The notes beneath the pieces were generated by a model that was not told where the DNA came from, did no database searches, and worked only from the letters and a program-made list of their open reading frames with translations. A DNA stretch of 6,105 nucleotides. Origin: a virus. Below, in pieces: positions 5,131 to 6,105 of this stretch. The translations under genes and the position numbers were made by a program. How positions within the stretch are numbered: the stretch's first letter is position 1; the number at the start of each line of letters is the position of its first letter. Where the stretch lies: IMG/VR virus record IMGVR_UViG_3300020029_000034, positions 1 to 6,105 of that record, one strand, 5' to 3'.

Positions 5131-6105
5131 TTAACGCGAATGACGTGAATTATTATACGTACTCGAATAACCACTACGATTCATTTCAGTTTTAGCATAA
5201 CCAACAACATTGCCTTTATAATCATAACGAGTAGTCATAGAGGAGGTTGTGGAATTGGCGGAAGAACCACCGGCGGAAATAGTGCCAGCGGCACGGGACA
5301 TTCCACCCCGTACAATGCCAGCACCAGCAAGGTTGCCAGCAACGCTTATGAGGGACTTTGAAATCTCAACATACGGGTCAAGTTTTGCATTACGAAGAGC
5401 AACACGAGCCTGTTCGGGGAGAAACTCAGAAGCGTTCGCCTGATTTATAACGGTTTTATTATAAAAATCCTTAAGAGACATAGAAACCTTAAAAGAGCGA
5501 GGGCCAGGATTTGCACGAACAACAGGATTAGAGCTACGAAGATTATTTTCGTACTGAGGGTTCGGAACCTCAACGTCAAACTGCTTATCCCAATTATTCG
5601 CAAGTTCATAGGCAGAATCAAGATTATCAAGACGGAGAGATTGAATTACCTCACCAGCTTGTTCACCGAGAATCTGATTAAGTGAGCCCTGGGTATTCAT
5701 CATAAAGGCCTGAGCAGACATAAGTTTACCCAAATGCTCATTCTCAATACCTAAGCGCTCGACCAGTTTAGCAACGAAAGCAGCCTGGTTCTTCTTTTCA
5801 TCAATAACACTCAAAAGAGTACTATCGGAAATAAATCGATTATTCTTTTCTATATCCTCTTGAATCTGAAGAACATCGCGAGCGGACAGGTTGTGAGCCG
5901 CAATAGCCTCATCGAGAGAGACACGGGCTTTAGCCATAGCAACATAAAGTTGATTACCGACATTCTGGTCATCAATAGAACGAGCCTCAGCCTCATCACG
6001 AGCAGCGGCAGCCTTATTGCGTTCAATGGTTGAATTGACGCCCATGGCCTCAAGAGCAGTTCCAGCAGCGGCAGAACCGACACCAGGAGGCAGAGGGCTT
6101 GAGAA
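5131..6105 (-). CDS. VP2: VP2 minor capsid / DNA pilot protein, C-terminal part. It is 5'-truncated by the window edge, and the ATG at 6045 is an internal Met.
   Basis: The track gives a 304-aa ORF, but the frame remains open for all 20 codons from 6046 to the window end and joins 122..520 in frame. The sequence has an alanine/charged helical segment (NKAAAARDEAEARSIDDQ...LDEAIAAHNLSARDVLQIQEDIEKNN) and Gly/Ser/Ala-rich low-complexity stretches, as expected for pilot proteins. The stop is TAA at 5133-5131. Confidence 0.85.
   Translation of the reverse strand, partial: FSSPLPPGVGSAAAGTALEAMGVNSTIERNKAAAARDEAEARSIDDQNVGNQLYVAMAKARVSLDEAIAAHNLSARDVLQIQEDIEKNNRFISDSTLLSVIDEKKNQAAFVAKLVERLGIENEHLGKLMSAQAFMMNTQGSLNQILGEQAGEVIQSLRLDNLDSAYELANNWDKQFDVEVPNPQYENNLRSSNPVVRANPGPRSFKVSMSLKDFYNKTVINQANASEFLPEQARVALRNAKLDPYVEISKSLISVAGNLAGAGIVRGGMSRAAGTISAGGSSANSTTSSMTTRYDYKGNVVGYAKTEMNRSGYSSTYNNSRHSR
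5985..6105. repeat. Terminal direct repeat, copy 2. It is identical to 1-121.
   Basis: Same comparison as copy 1. The repeat lies inside an open reading frame and keeps that frame, so it reflects linearisation of a circle rather than a biological repeat. Confidence 0.95.

Larger units (their letters stand above)
1..5984 (-). mobile_element. One complete unit of a circular Microviridae (ssDNA phage) genome, 5,984 nt. The coding (viral) sense is the window minus strand.
   Basis: The exact 121-nt overlap of the window ends closes a circle. The gene set is VP4 Rep, VP1 capsid and VP2 pilot plus small ORFs, all on one strand. Genes are tightly packed or overlapping. The size of about 6 kb is typical of the family. 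Confidence 0.9.

Noticed and set aside
33-5443. All plus-strand ORFs in the track: 33..248, 302..535, 501..728, 866..1093, 2193..2417, 2814..3008, 3150..3509, 3552..3941, 4450..4752 and 5249..5443.
   Set aside because: Each lies antisense to a longer, recognisable or well-packed minus-strand gene. Several start with TTG rather than ATG, for example 33..248. Microviridae transcribe one strand only. These are shadow ORFs.
6043-6045. The ATG at 6045 as the VP2 start, as implied by the ORF track.
   Set aside because: The frame is open upstream to the window end and continues in frame around the circle to the ATG at 520. The Met at 6045 is internal.
1-6105. A scan for tRNA, rRNA, CRISPR repeats, an integrase, or toxin-antitoxin or defence-system genes.
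   Set aside because: I saw no periodic direct repeats, no cloverleaf-like segments, and no ORF with recombinase, nuclease-defence or toxin hallmarks. The coding space is fully accounted for by the phage genes listed.

Overview
This window is a complete, circularly permuted genome of a small ssDNA phage of the family Microviridae, linearised inside the VP2 gene. It is the VP1/VP2/VP4 type (gokushovirus or alpavirus-like), not phiX174-like. Bases 1-121 are an exact copy of 5985-6105, so the unique circle is 5,984 nt. Every credible gene is on the minus strand, with almost no spacers. The order is: orf66, VP4 replication initiator (HUH motifs visible), VP1 major capsid, an acidic 98-aa VP3-like scaffold candidate, a 63-aa lipobox/TM protein, VP2 pilot protein, orf104, orf107 with an overlapping 24-aa highly basic J/ORF8-like peptide, and a hairpin terminator. 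VP2 is 457 aa once the circle is closed; the 304-aa ORF in the track is truncated. No gene has a Shine-Dalgarno motif, and one intergenic region carries a TTTG-N19-TAnnTTTG Bacteroidota-type promoter, which suggests a Bacteroidota host. The items most worth following up are: (1) the small lipoprotein, a candidate lysis or superinfection-exclusion factor in a phage group for which, to my knowledge, no conserved lysis gene has been described; (2) the hidden basic peptide; (3) the promoter-to-terminator cassette of two unknown proteins; (4) a structured GC-rich noncoding region with weak dif-like similarity. I saw no rRNA, tRNA, CRISPR or IS element. All homology statements come from recognition by eye and hand translation, not from database searches.
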